A stretch of DNA of 62,326 bases, filler included. It is 4 parts of 4 records of this genome, joined end to end, with 100 filler letters (N's around TTAATTAATTAA, not from the genome) between each part and the next. Parts side by side here need not be neighbours in the genome. Positions count along the whole stretch, not along the records: positions 1 to 11,255 come from SRR31156797_6800; 3 more parts are not named here. One strand, 5' to 3'. Shown here in pieces: positions 1 through 9,569 of this stretch; position 1 is the first letter of the stretch, and every line of letters starts with the position of its first letter. A program made the translations under genes and the position numbers. Below the pieces are notes generated by a model. That model did not search any database. It worked only from the letters and a program-made list of their open reading frames with translations, and had not been told where the DNA came from.

Positions 1-141
1 TTGTTGTTGGGCCGCCGGCTCATCTTGATCAAAGGCTGAGCTAATCATCATATTGGCTATCAGGCTAAAAGCCGCCTTGATTACAACAGCACCCATTGAT
101 GATGTAGCAAAGGCGGTCAACGCCGCACCTACTGCTGGCAT
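1..141 (-). CDS. Phage tail tip / host-specificity (J-like) protein, N-terminal fragment, cut by window edge
   Basis: ATG at 141 overlaps the end of the NlpC/P60-like gene. Reads MPAVGAALTAFATSSMGAVVIKAAFSLIANMMISSAFDQDEPAAQQQ, a hydrophobic N-terminus like those of siphovirus tail tip proteins. Gene position fits. Confidence 0.55.
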   Translation of the reverse strand, partial: MPAVGAALTAFATSSMGAVVIKAAFSLIANMMISSAFDQDEPAAQQQ

Positions 142-527
142 AATAACCTCCTTGCCATGACAACCCTGTGGAATTCACCAATGTGAAAAACCATTACGCC
201 ATATTCAAGGTGGCTTTTTATAGCCATTCCCCCGCCCAAATAAATGGCGGCATAAGTATTGCCCTTTTCTTCAACCGCTAAAAGGTCATGCCGTTCCAAC
301 CGGCTCAGATCCTCAACCGACTCACCGAGGGATTTAAATAATTCAAACATGACAGCAATCAACCCCTTGCGGTCCGCTTCCCAGGCCGCCATATAGGTGT
401 GCAGGTCAAACCCACCGAACTCATCCGGCATATCTCCCCCCAGGTCCGCATACCATCTGTGGACCAGATCCATGCAGGTGCAGGAGGCAAATGGCTTTCC
501 CACATACTTAGCGGTCAATTCCGCCAT
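129..527 (-). CDS. NlpC/P60-like tail assembly protein (lambda K-like)
   Basis: YVGKPF..CTCMDLV and AAIYLGGG resemble the NlpC/P60 DCxGLV and HVGIYLG motifs. Lies after the L-like gene. Likely start is ATG 527 (MAELTAKY). Confidence 0.65.
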   Translation of the reverse strand: MAELTAKYVGKPFASCTCMDLVHRWYADLGGDMPDEFGGFDLHTYMAAWEADRKGLIAVMFELFKSLGESVEDLSRLERHDLLAVEEKGNTYAAIYLGGGMAIKSHLEYGVMVFHIGEFHRVVMARRLLCQQ

Positions 528-529
528 GG

Positions 530-1150
530 CTATGACTGTGTTTTTCCCCACCATATTTCCTTTTCTTCAATGTCCGGAAAAAATCTGAACGCCCCGAAAT
601 TATCAGTATTCGACAATGCCAAACATCGGGTATATGTTTTGTCGCAATCCTGACCGGTACCTGAATACTGGCAATCACCAAGCCCATTAAATACCCAGGG
701 GCATTTATCGCCAGGCATCCGCAGAGTCCGTTTCGACCAATAAACAAACTCATCAACCACAGGAATTACGGCTTTTGATTCATCTATTTCCCAAGCGCCC
801 ATAATGCCAAAAAATACGGTGGCAACAACAGGAGTCATGTCATCCATGGCGCCCAAGGAAATAATTGCCGGTCTTTTTGTCACATCATTGCCCAGAAGAA
901 TTGCCGAAAAACTCAGGTTTGCATTGGAAAATTCAAGATTATATTTATCCACAGACATGTCCGCGCTGTATGAAATTGGGTCGACTCTAAACTCTTCTGT
1001 CTGGTAGAGAGTCTCATTCCATGCAATATCAATATCCAAGGAGGTATAAAACAGAGTCGTATCATCGGAGATGGACAAGGCCGCAAGCCAAAAAGTTGTA
1101 GCCCCTTCGGCTATCAGCTGCAGCAATAACGAATTATCCCAATCCCTCAT
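530..1150 (-). CDS. Minor tail protein L-like (DUF2163/DUF1833-type) with C-terminal Cys cluster
   Basis: C-terminal CPWVF...CQYSG...CDKTYTRC...NFGAF matches the four-Cys pattern of lambda gpL-like proteins. Confidence 0.75.
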   Translation of the reverse strand: MRDWDNSLLLQLIAEGATTFWLAALSISDDTTLFYTSLDIDIAWNETLYQTEEFRVDPISYSADMSVDKYNLEFSNANLSFSAILLGNDVTKRPAIISLGAMDDMTPVVATVFFGIMGAWEIDESKAVIPVVDEFVYWSKRTLRMPGDKCPWVFNGLGDCQYSGTGQDCDKTYTRCLALSNTDNFGAFRFFPDIEEKEIWWGKTQS

Positions 1151-1154
1151 TATT

Positions 1155-1715
1155 TTAGAGCCCTTTCAATTCGATGCCATATTTCATCAAAATGGTTGTG
1201 AAATTTTCCCGGGATAATTGATCCTGTTTAAACCGGCATTTGATGCGCAGATATCCGGTAAAATCCACACTTAGAATCTGTCCCACAGTTGGCGTTGCTG
1301 AAAACTGAATTCTGTCCGCCCCGCCGGCCCCGCCCCCAGAAAGGAATGTGATACCGGAAGATACCACCGTTCCATTGATATAATACGTCTGAGTAGATGT
1401 AGACTTGCCTGGCAGATCAAAAATAGTGGTGCTGCCGTCGGCGGTTGCGATATAAAGGCCGGTATGCTTCTGGATGTGAAAATCAAACCATAAAAACGCT
1501 TCAAATGCCCCCCGCCGGGCCAGGTAAAAATTCCAAAGGATGGCGGATTTTTCTACAGACAGAGCATAGTAATTTAACTTGACATTAAATTTCGGGAACA
1601 TCCATTTGGACCGCCGCTGTTCCCCGCCGTTTTCATAATCGCTGATCAGGGTATTGTACACCGGGGTGATGATACACGGATAAACGTGTTTCGGATCAGT
1701 CGGGAAAAGTTCCAT
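1155..1715 (-). CDS. Distal tail protein, DUF2460-like
   Basis: GGEQRRSKW..PK, FYLARRGAFEAFLWFD, ADGSTTIFDL and C-terminal CRF..D motifs. Directly follows the tape measure gene. Confidence 0.75.
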   Translation of the reverse strand: MELFPTDPKHVYPCIITPVYNTLISDYENGGEQRRSKWMFPKFNVKLNYYALSVEKSAILWNFYLARRGAFEAFLWFDFHIQKHTGLYIATADGSTTIFDLPGKSTSTQTYYINGTVVSSGITFLSGGGAGGADRIQFSATPTVGQILSVDFTGYLRIKCRFKQDQLSRENFTTILMKYGIELKGL

Positions 1716-4172
1716 TTACATCGTCCCCTTCATGGCCTTTCTCATTTGTGCGTTACCTTTTATACTATCCACAACCGGCCCGACAACTGCGGCCGGATTG
1801 CGCTTCAGAGCCTCATGGATAGACTGAGAATCCATGGCATTGATATAAATATTGTAGATGGGTTGACCACCTTGAGCCCCGCCCAAAATTTCCATTTGTT
1901 CTTGGGTAAACACGCCCTCCCCTTTTTGCAGGATGGCCGGAAATTCATCAGGCATAAGACCGGTATGAAACCTGGGGGCACCTGCGAAAACGGCAGGATT
2001 AATACCATAGGCACTCCTGGTTGAATCCGCCCCCACGATGCCGCCCCCATGCCAATAACTTCCGCCGCCGAAAGAGGACAACGATCCAAACGGATCAAAA
2101 CTTCCGCTGCCACCAGAACCGCCAAAATTTAATTTAAAAAGACTGTCGAGCAATCCGTCACCATCATCACCACCGGTAAAAAATTTCATGAACGGTTCGG
2201 CAATGTACTTTTGATTGATCATTTGGGTCAGCATCCGGGCGTATGATTCGGCTATATCCGAAAAGGTGGCATCGGATTCCCAAAAAAGATCATTTAAATC
2301 CGTGGCCATATTGCTGGCCCAGCCGGAAAAGGCGTCTTTCATGGTGTCCGCAGTTTCAACAGCCACCTCTTCCAAGTCATAAAGCCCATCCGTCACAGAC
2401 CCATAATCCAAATCGTATGTATCATCCATGGCCTCTGCCAAAACATTTTGGAGTTCAATGCTGTCCTGCAAGGCTTGTGCTCTTTGTACTTCAGCAACAT
2501 GGAGTGCTTTTACATCCAACTGCCATTGCGCCCACTTGGATGTCGATGATGTTTTTTTATTGTCCCCGGAAGAATCCAAAACTGGCTGCACTGGCATTTC
2601 GATGGGATCCACATTTGATAGATCTTTAAATCCATCTTCAAGAGACCGCTTCATTGCCCGCCAATCATCCGGATTCCGCAGGCTCATCTTGGCAGCGTTA
2701 AGAGATTCATAGAGGCCAGAAAGATGCTGCTCAGCATTTTTAATCTGCTCAATGTATCCAGGCCCAAATTCTTCAATATCTTTCCCTTTTAGATCGGCAT
2801 AATTTTCTTTCAATCGCTTTAAACGATTTTCTTCAAGCTGAATGACACCTTTTAATTTGTCAGTATTCCCGACGTTAGACACAAGCGCATTAAGCTTTTC
2901 AGCTTCCGTTATGGCCGCCCCAATAAGTAATAAAGCCGCCCGGGCCTTAGCCCCCCCGATCAAGGCCCCAACAAGACCCATTTCCTGTATAATTGTGGGC
3001 AATGAATTCCACCCATCAACCACATTCTTTAATAAAGATGCAGCATGAACACCAATCTTCCCAAGATCAACGGCCAGGTCCCTGGATGTCTCGGCAAAGT
3101 CGATAAGATCTTCTTTATTATCCTGGACAAGCTTTGTAAGATCCTGAACCCCTTCCCGCAAATCTTCTTTCAGAGAATCGTAGGCGGCCAGGCCAACCCC
3201 CTCAAGGGTAGATTTTAAAATCTTAAAATCACCGATCAAGGTATCAAGCTTTATGGCAGCAAGCTCTTTGGTTTCTCCGGAAACATCATGCAGGGTGTCT
3301 GCCAGGGCTTCATATTTTTCAATGTTCGCGGCAATATTCAGAACCGTTTTACCTGCAATTTTTCCATAAACTTCAGCAAACTTATTGGTGTCCCATTGGG
3401 CGGCATTCGCAGCCCGCAGGGTGCCAATCAAATCAGTGGCCTCGGTTCCAAGTTCCTTGGCAGCCTTTTTATTATTAATCCAAGTGTTTTTAAGCCCAGT
3501 CCCGGCATCACTGCCCTTAATCCCGGCATCAGCCACAATGCCAATCAGGGCAGCAACCTCTTCAATTTCATATCCATACGCCCGGGCATAGGGGGCCGCC
3601 TCTTTCATGGCTTCGCCAAATTGGAGAAAATCAGTATTGGCCCGGGTGGTGGTGCCAGTCATGACATCCGTAAGCCGGTCAATTTCCTCAATTTCCATTC
3701 CCATGGCCGTCAAGGAATCGGTCAAAATATCGGAGACAGTCCCCAAATCTTTGCCGGCAGCCGTGGCCGCATTGAGCATTCCCGGCAAACCGGCAATGGA
3801 TTTTTGGACATTCCAACCGGCAAGCCCCATAAATTCCAAAGCTTCTGCCGATTTGGTGGCACTCCATTCGGTTTCAGCCCCCATTTTTTTTGCGGCTGCG
3901 GCCAACAGGTCATAGTCATCTTGACTGGCCCGCATAACCCCCTGAACTGTTGCCATCTGGCTTTCAAAATCAGCCCCGGTTTTAATAAGGGATGCTGTCA
4001 AACCGCCAACACCGGCCACCCCGGCCAGGGAAGCAAAAGACCCCACCACAGAATTAACGCTTTTGGTTGCGTTCTGCCCAAACGCTTTTGTCCGGGCCTC
4101 TGCGGTTTTTAAATCTTTTTTATACTGGCCAGTCTTTGCCCTGACCAGTACGTCAGCGGTTCCAAGTCTCAT
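1716..4172 (-). CDS. Phage tail tape measure protein (TP901-family core)
   Basis: FESQMATVQGV...AKKMGAETEWSATKSAEALEFMGLAGW core. C-terminal HGGGIVG...APRFHTGLMPDEFPAILQKGE. 818 aa, Ala/Gly-rich. Confidence 0.93.
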   Translation of the reverse strand: MRLGTADVLVRAKTGQYKKDLKTAEARTKAFGQNATKSVNSVVGSFASLAGVAGVGGLTASLIKTGADFESQMATVQGVMRASQDDYDLLAAAAKKMGAETEWSATKSAEALEFMGLAGWNVQKSIAGLPGMLNAATAAGKDLGTVSDILTDSLTAMGMEIEEIDRLTDVMTGTTTRANTDFLQFGEAMKEAAPYARAYGYEIEEVAALIGIVADAGIKGSDAGTGLKNTWINNKKAAKELGTEATDLIGTLRAANAAQWDTNKFAEVYGKIAGKTVLNIAANIEKYEALADTLHDVSGETKELAAIKLDTLIGDFKILKSTLEGVGLAAYDSLKEDLREGVQDLTKLVQDNKEDLIDFAETSRDLAVDLGKIGVHAASLLKNVVDGWNSLPTIIQEMGLVGALIGGAKARAALLLIGAAITEAEKLNALVSNVGNTDKLKGVIQLEENRLKRLKENYADLKGKDIEEFGPGYIEQIKNAEQHLSGLYESLNAAKMSLRNPDDWRAMKRSLEDGFKDLSNVDPIEMPVQPVLDSSGDNKKTSSTSKWAQWQLDVKALHVAEVQRAQALQDSIELQNVLAEAMDDTYDLDYGSVTDGLYDLEEVAVETADTMKDAFSGWASNMATDLNDLFWESDATFSDIAESYARMLTQMINQKYIAEPFMKFFTGGDDGDGLLDSLFKLNFGGSGGSGSFDPFGSLSSFGGGSYWHGGGIVGADSTRSAYGINPAVFAGAPRFHTGLMPDEFPAILQKGEGVFTQEQMEILGGAQGGQPIYNIYINAMDSQSIHEALKRNPAAVVGPVVDSIKGNAQMRKAMKGTM

Positions 4173-4482
4173 TTATTTTTTTTAACCTTTTCTCGTTCCT
4201 GCTTTTTTATTTTCTCCATTGTTGTGGCCATTATCTGCACCGCATCAAGACACCCTTCAAAATCACTCACGCCTTTTATTTTCATTGATTCCATGGGGCT
4301 AATCGCCAGGGGCCCGGTACACTGACAATAAACCTCAATGGGTATTACATTTTCAGGCAAAATTATTTGAGGCCTGCATGTCTCACATGGCGGAACCCCG
4401 TCAAAATCTGCCCATGTTTCCCGGCAAGTGGAACAGTCGGCCCTGTCAACCCCGGAGAGCCAAACTGCCCACTCGATCAGTT
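4169..4482 (-). CDS. Tail assembly chaperone -1 frameshift extension (lambda gpT-like)
   Basis: The -1 frame is open from the slippery site to 4169: LIEWAVWLSGVDRADCSTCRETWADFDGVPPCETCRPQIILPENVIPIEVYCQC... It overlaps the tape measure start. Confidence 0.75.
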
Positions 4483-4908
4483 TCCCGTCCGTTCCTCTTC
4501 CTGCGCCTTGATCTGATCAGCTAAAACCGTTCGGCATTTCTTGATGAACCTGGCAAAAGCAGCAAAGTCCTCATCTGATAGTTCATCACAAAGGCGCTGT
4601 TTATTTTTTTCAGTGCAATCAATGAGGGTCCCATCTGCATTAAAAACATTTTTCCAGTCAACAATGCATTGCTGAATGATGGACTCCTTTTCCCGGGTCT
4701 TGCTGATCTCAAGCACAGGCACCGGTTCAAGTTTCCGGTCCCCATTTTCGTCAAGCTCATCCGTATTTTGAAACTTAAATCCCTGGGTGTATGAAGCATC
4801 AATGGCCTTATTGATCTCTCCGGATCTCAGATGTTTAATTTTAAATTCTGTTTTGTCCGGGTCCTCTGGAACTTCAAACCAACTTTCTGTCTTTGCCTGC
4901 AGTCTCAT
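4477..4908 (-). CDS. Tail assembly chaperone (lambda gpG-like)
   Basis: 143 aa, located between major tail and tape measure genes. Contains CIVDWKNV. Ends in a GGGAAAC slippery site just before TGA. Confidence 0.8.
   Translation of the reverse strand: MRLQAKTESWFEVPEDPDKTEFKIKHLRSGEINKAIDASYTQGFKFQNTDELDENGDRKLEPVPVLEISKTREKESIIQQCIVDWKNVFNADGTLIDCTEKNKQRLCDELSDEDFAAFARFIKKCRTVLADQIKAQEEERTGN
4480..4486 (-). other. Programmed -1 ribosomal frameshift slippery heptamer G GGA AAC
   Basis: X XXY YYZ pattern in the correct frame (ACG GGA AAC TGA) at the end of the chaperone ORF, with an open -1 frame. Confidence 0.8.
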
Positions 4909-4976
4909 ATTGCATCCTTTTTAAAAATGTGCCGGAAGCGTCCCCCCGGCTTCCTCATGAAGAGAAAAAATTAAAA

Positions 4977-5678
4977 TTAAAGTTTTCCGCCGTGGATCAC
5001 GGTTGCGGCTTTTCCCGCCTCTGCCGTCAAAAGGCTATCCGTTGAACTATCCGTTGACAGAGTCAGTGTCCCCGCCGCCACATCGGTTACCAGGGCAGAA
5101 ACGGAGTCGTTTGACGTGGACTCTTCAATAATGATGGTCTGGCCCACTTCAAACCCCGCCGTGATAAACCCACTTTCACTATCCGTGATGGTGTCTCCGC
5201 TGCCGGTTCCCTCCACAAAGGCCAGGTTTGTCCCGCCGGCAACATGGGCAGAGAACAGGGCAATGAGACCCTGAACCATCAGGTCAGCAGAAAATGGGAT
5301 AATGCCGGATTTACTGATATCCGGCCCGGGCATACCGGACACATAGACCACGGAATTTTCATCATTCGCCAAATCCGGCGCCCAGAAATCATCATCATTT
5401 TCATAAAGGCGCAGATTGTCCAGGCCTTCATTGGCAAAGAGTTTTGCCCTCAAGGCCCGCTGCCCCGTGGAATCATCCCGGACATAATTGCCGGAGATAC
5501 TGCCCTTTTCCCAGACCGCAGATGTCGGGACTTCAAAGTCAAAATCCCTACCAAACTCCTCAACCTTAACCGATCCCCGGGTGATCCCCGGCACTTTAAG
5601 GGCATTTAAACCCTTAATGGCTGTGGTTCCAATGGCCGCCTTCGCCTTGTCTCCCAAATGAAAATCAGGTATGCTCAT
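4977..5678 (-). CDS. Major tail tube protein with extra C-terminal domain
   Basis: Position between tail terminator and chaperone. GSISGNYVRDDSTGQRALR resembles the tube core. Thr/Ser/Gly-rich ~85-aa C-terminal extension. Confidence 0.7.
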   Translation of the reverse strand: MSIPDFHLGDKAKAAIGTTAIKGLNALKVPGITRGSVKVEEFGRDFDFEVPTSAVWEKGSISGNYVRDDSTGQRALRAKLFANEGLDNLRLYENDDDFWAPDLANDENSVVYVSGMPGPDISKSGIIPFSADLMVQGLIALFSAHVAGGTNLAFVEGTGSGDTITDSESGFITAGFEVGQTIIIEESTSNDSVSALVTDVAAGTLTLSTDSSTDSLLTAEAGKAATVIHGGKL

Positions 5679-5681
5679 TTC

Positions 5682-6071
5682 TTACTCCTGTAAAAATGTT
5701 GAAAATTCCAATGAGGCAACCCATTCATCCCCGTTTTTCCAGGGTGGCGTCACCAATTCCCGTTTCAAAATTACTTCCCGGCCATCTGATAAAGTGATGG
5801 TCGCACCATTAAACAGATTCCGGCCAGCACCGGCCAAAACCATTGCCTCTGCCCGAATTTCCGAATAAATATTGACTTGAAAAGAATGCCCATCAATAGT
5901 TTCTGTGAATGTATCTTCATTGCTGGCCGGCATCCCATGATAAACGGCATATGGATAGGGGCTCCGGTCTGCAGCTTCCCCATAAGAAAACCGGCCAGAC
6001 ACGCCTGTATAAAAAGCATGGGTAATGTCTGCATTGAAATAAGTCCGCAGGGCTTTATAAAACTCTTCCAT
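5682..6071 (-). CDS. Tail terminator / tail completion protein (DUF3168-like)
   Basis: PYPYAVY and FQVNIYS motifs, 129 aa, position after the HK97 gp10-like gene. Confidence 0.75.
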   Translation of the reverse strand: MEEFYKALRTYFNADITHAFYTGVSGRFSYGEAADRSPYPYAVYHGMPASNEDTFTETIDGHSFQVNIYSEIRAEAMVLAGAGRNLFNGATITLSDGREVILKRELVTPPWKNGDEWVASLEFSTFLQE

Positions 6072-6454
6072 CAGGCCCCCTTATTGAAATGATTCTGGAT
6101 GCTGTTTTTTTTCTTTTTCAAAGCCGGCCGCAAATAAGGAGACGCCTTTATTGGTTGCCGTTCCTTGCCCTTCTTTTTTCCGGATTTGTAAACAGTGCCC
6201 GGGGTACCGAGTTCAACAAAGCGGGCAACATGTTCCAGGCCGTCCGCCCCGGCTTTAACATAGGCGCCAACCGCATCAGTTTTTTTGAAGGGCTTCACCT
6301 GGATGGAGAAAAGCAAATCACCCTTGTCAACCGGCACCCTCATCCTGGCATCAATGGCAACATCCCTGGCCCCCATGATACAAGCATTTAAGGCTTTGCC
6401 GCGAACTTCGGCTTCGTTCTCTTTTTCCTGCCAGTCAAGATTAAAAGTATTCAT
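6071..6454 (-). CDS. HK97 gp10-like neck/morphogenesis protein
   Basis: ARMRVPVDKGDLLFSI, ARFVELGT and ASPYLRPAL signatures. Likely ATG at 6454. Confidence 0.85.
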   Translation of the reverse strand: MNTFNLDWQEKENEAEVRGKALNACIMGARDVAIDARMRVPVDKGDLLFSIQVKPFKKTDAVGAYVKAGADGLEHVARFVELGTPGTVYKSGKKKGKERQPIKASPYLRPALKKKKNSIQNHFNKGA

Positions 6455-6770
6455 TGCACACCATATCAAGCCACTGGTTGGCCTCATCTGGATTGATGAT
6501 GCCCTTGATTTCAAACTTCCGGGTCCCGAATTGAATTTTCATGGTTGAATCTATTCCGGGGCGGTAATGAATCCGGATTGTATGGGTAACCGTAACCCTT
6601 TCTCGCATATTTTCACGGGACTCCTTAGCCTTAACCGGCCAGATTGCCGCCCAGGGAGAACAGACAACAGACTTATCAGAAACAGAGGATCCACCAAAAC
6701 CATCGTCTGTTTCAGTTTCTGAAAAAATTTTAATCTTTTTATTCAGCTTTGTGACTTGTCTGTTTCTCAT
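6441..6770 (-). CDS. Phage head closure protein (head-tail adaptor, SPP1 gp16-like)
   Basis: DDGFGG, WAAIWPV, THTIRIHYRPGIDSTMKI and FEIKGIINPDE motifs. Confidence 0.9.
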   Translation of the reverse strand: MRNRQVTKLNKKIKIFSETETDDGFGGSSVSDKSVVCSPWAAIWPVKAKESRENMRERVTVTHTIRIHYRPGIDSTMKIQFGTRKFEIKGIINPDEANQWLDMVCNEYF

Positions 6771-6834
6771 TCAAATTACCACTTTGTATACATTTTGGTA
6801 AATTCTACCATATAAAAAATGCCAGGACAAACAG

Positions 6835-7209
6835 TTATTGAACCTTTGGAACCGTTTCCGTTGTAATCCCGTTGTAATCAACAAGGCTGTATTCTATTTC
6901 CATCGGCAAGTGCTTGCCTCCGTCATGAATGGCAAAAAGAGTAAGAAATCGTTTCCGCCGGCTATTTCTCACCCTGTTTACCTGGCCAGGAATTTCAATC
7001 TCTCCAACTGAATTAAGGGGCAAGTCTGTCCATTCAAGAAGATCCTCATTTCCGTCCGAAACCTTGAATTTTAATCCCTCTACAGAAGCAACTGGAATAT
7101 AGGGGGCACCATCAATATAAACGGCATCCGCCGGAATCGGATCCGCCGCAGGTTTCAATAACTGATATTGATGATAGGATGTCCGTCCGTCACCGACTGT
7201 CTGACTCAT
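6835..7209 (-). CDS. Hypothetical phage protein (inserted neck block)
   Basis: 124-aa ORF, translationally coupled (TAATG) to the upstream gene. Confidence 0.6.
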   Translation of the reverse strand: MSQTVGDGRTSYHQYQLLKPAADPIPADAVYIDGAPYIPVASVEGLKFKVSDGNEDLLEWTDLPLNSVGEIEIPGQVNRVRNSRRKRFLTLFAIHDGGKHLPMEIEYSLVDYNGITTETVPKVQ

Positions 7210-7616
7210 TATGCATTCCCAGCAGTCAAGGTGCCGGATGTAACCCGAATGATGCCGCCGGCAGTGATATTCGTGCTGTTCAGGTTGATATCTGCGCCAG
7301 AGGTGCCCACAGACACATCAGTGACGAAGTTATCATCACTGTCTGTAATTCTGGCCCAGGCAGCGGTCCCGCCGGCATCTGCATCATCATCATCTGTAAA
7401 ATCATTAAAAGTTAAAACCCCAGCAACAGCATTGGGGGCACATGGATCAGAACACAAAACTGTTCCAAGAAGCGTGTTCCCCGAAAGGGCCCCGCCTGTA
7501 GACGGCCTGGTTCCAGAATAAAATTTTATTTTTCCGGCCCCTGTTCCGGCATCAATGGCATCCCGAATATCATTAAGATATCCATTTCTCAAATCTACTT
7601 TAATACCCAGAGTCAT
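7209..7616 (-). CDS. Phage structural protein, putative collar/fibre subunit
   Basis: GAGKIKFYSGTRP...LLGTV...GTAAWARITDSD...DVSVGTSGADINL, a small beta-rich protein type common in virion modules. Strong GGGGAG RBS. Confidence 0.6.
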   Translation of the reverse strand: MTLGIKVDLRNGYLNDIRDAIDAGTGAGKIKFYSGTRPSTGGALSGNTLLGTVLCSDPCAPNAVAGVLTFNDFTDDDDADAGGTAAWARITDSDDNFVTDVSVGTSGADINLNSTNITAGGIIRVTSGTLTAGNA

Positions 7617-7625
7617 AAACTCCCC

Positions 7626-9161
7626 CTATGTTGATGTTACTATATTTATGGTTGCAGTTTTTGGAGCCAGAAATATAACCTGGCCGGTTTTCGTTGATAA
7701 AAGGATTTGATATATTCGTTCAGATTTGACGATTTCAATCAACTGAAGGCCTAGGTCATCAAGGGCGGCTATAACCTCCCCGGCTACGCCAATTTTCCCG
7801 GAAATGTTAGTACCAGCAGATACGGTTGTGGTGATCTCCCCGGAAACGCCTAAGGCTGCCTCAATGATTGAAGAAACCCCATCAAGTTGCATGGTATATG
7901 AACCACTTGCCCCCAGTTGGCCTGCCAAAGATGCAGCTGCAATCACCTGACTTGTTAAAGTGCCCTGCTGTCCGGTTTGTCCTAAAAGATCCGCTTCCAG
8001 AGCTTCAGCTACAGCTGATAGGGTCCCCTCCACAATAATTTGCGGGGTGCCATCATTTACGGATCCAAATATCTGAGCAGATAAAGAGACCTGACCAGTC
8101 AACGGTCCTTGATTCCCCAAGGCCCCCGCCAAAATCATAGCCGATTGAGATAAAATTGAAGAGAAATCACCGGAATTTCCAACACCACCGCTAAGCAGGC
8201 CAATCAATGGGGAGGCCTGAAAATTAAAATCCCCCTGTTTCCCCTCCTGCCCCTGGTTTTCCAAGGTTGCGGCCTCGGATGAGGCAATCAGACCTCCGCC
8301 CACACCAATTTTACCAGAAAAATCAGAAGTAGCACCATCCACCGTTGCCCCAATAGTACACAAAATAGGCAATATTGTGTCCCCGGAGGGGATGGAATAC
8401 GTGGGCCGGGCCACTGGCTGCCAAATCTGATTTTTTGCGGCTTCGAGGGCGGCTATTTGGTCGGCAGATAACTTTTTGTGGAAAAATAACAGACCATCAA
8501 TCTCAAAATCACTATAGTTAGAGGCGTTGCCAGGCCTGCCGTTGATCTGCCAATTATAGGTGTTACCCCACCCATAAGACCCAGAGGCATCAGATACACT
8601 CTTAGATGAGCCATTTTCATATATTAAGACCCGATCTGATATCACAGCCTCGTGCTCATAAGTGATACACCAGCTCGAAAAAACATCCGGAAAGTCTATA
8701 GAAAGGATGTATCTCCTTTGGCTGTTGGCCCGCTCGTATATAACTTGCGGCACCCCTGATAACACGGATATCTGCATACCATCGGTGCCGTCCGAAGAAC
8801 TCTTACACAATATCCTGGCGTAACTATTGATAAGATTATTCAGTCGCCAATCGAAAAAGAGAGTCCAGTCTCCGGCGTAGCCCGCCTCAAAATCAATAGC
8901 ATCGTGGTTGGGTATTGTAAGATACTGAGCGTCGTCGAGATGGATTCTATTTCTCTCAAAGCTGCCGCCGGTGTTGGCAGCATGTAGGCCATATCGACCA
9001 TAATCCTGCTGATCTCCCGGACCCCACATGGGCAGGGCTAAGACAACATCGGCATAGTCAATCCCAATTCGTTCAAGATTATCCCGCAAGGCTGCCCGGA
9101 CGGCGGAAAAAGCCCCCCATTGTATAGGCTTCTCCTGCCATTTTCGACGATGGAAAATCAT
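7626..9161 (-). CDS. LamG/concanavalin A-like domain virion protein with Gly-rich repeat C-terminus
   Basis: WTLFFDW, VLIYENG, WQING and FEIDGLLFFHKKLSADQIAAL are LamG-like. C-terminal half has GxxGxxG repeats. Confidence 0.7.
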   Translation of the reverse strand: MIFHRRKWQEKPIQWGAFSAVRAALRDNLERIGIDYADVVLALPMWGPGDQQDYGRYGLHAANTGGSFERNRIHLDDAQYLTIPNHDAIDFEAGYAGDWTLFFDWRLNNLINSYARILCKSSSDGTDGMQISVLSGVPQVIYERANSQRRYILSIDFPDVFSSWCITYEHEAVISDRVLIYENGSSKSVSDASGSYGWGNTYNWQINGRPGNASNYSDFEIDGLLFFHKKLSADQIAALEAAKNQIWQPVARPTYSIPSGDTILPILCTIGATVDGATSDFSGKIGVGGGLIASSEAATLENQGQEGKQGDFNFQASPLIGLLSGGVGNSGDFSSILSQSAMILAGALGNQGPLTGQVSLSAQIFGSVNDGTPQIIVEGTLSAVAEALEADLLGQTGQQGTLTSQVIAAASLAGQLGASGSYTMQLDGVSSIIEAALGVSGEITTTVSAGTNISGKIGVAGEVIAALDDLGLQLIEIVKSERIYQILLSTKTGQVIFLAPKTATINIVTST

Positions 9162-9164
9162 TGA

Positions 9165-9569
9165 TTACTGGGCCTCAGGTAACACCGGGACAACAACCAG
9201 GGATGCCGTGAATCCATAATCCTCTGCCGCCAGTTTACACCGACTGACCGGGGCAGGGTTGAGGATATCCCCCAACTCAAATTCCCCAGTTGCGCCGGAT
9301 GGTATCTCAACAGAGAGAGAGCCGTCATCGAATTTGTCCGGGGTTCCGCTGGATTTTCCAGCATATTTTAGTCTGGCAATGGCCGCCCCACCAGATGGGC
9401 CGACCGTGACATTGACAAAACATTTATACCCATGGCAACCAGCCCCGTTGCCGGTTTTGGAATTATCTATGGTGGTCAAGGTACCGCCGCTGTCACTGTC
9501 GGCCGTAATCGCCGCACTGGCCTGGGCCGTGATTAAGGACTCATATATGATCGGTATTTTATTGGCCAT
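9165..9569 (-). CDS. Hypothetical phage protein, small beta-rich
   Basis: 134-aa ORF tightly packed in the operon. Confidence 0.6.
   Translation of the reverse strand: MANKIPIIYESLITAQASAAITADSDSGGTLTTIDNSKTGNGAGCHGYKCFVNVTVGPSGGAAIARLKYAGKSSGTPDKFDDGSLSVEIPSGATGEFELGDILNPAPVSRCKLAAEDYGFTASLVVVPVLPEAQ

Noticed and set aside
3288-4112. 274-aa plus-strand ORF, and many similar antisense or overlapping ORFs in the track
   Set aside because: Shadow ORFs opposite well-supported genes, with no recognisable motifs.
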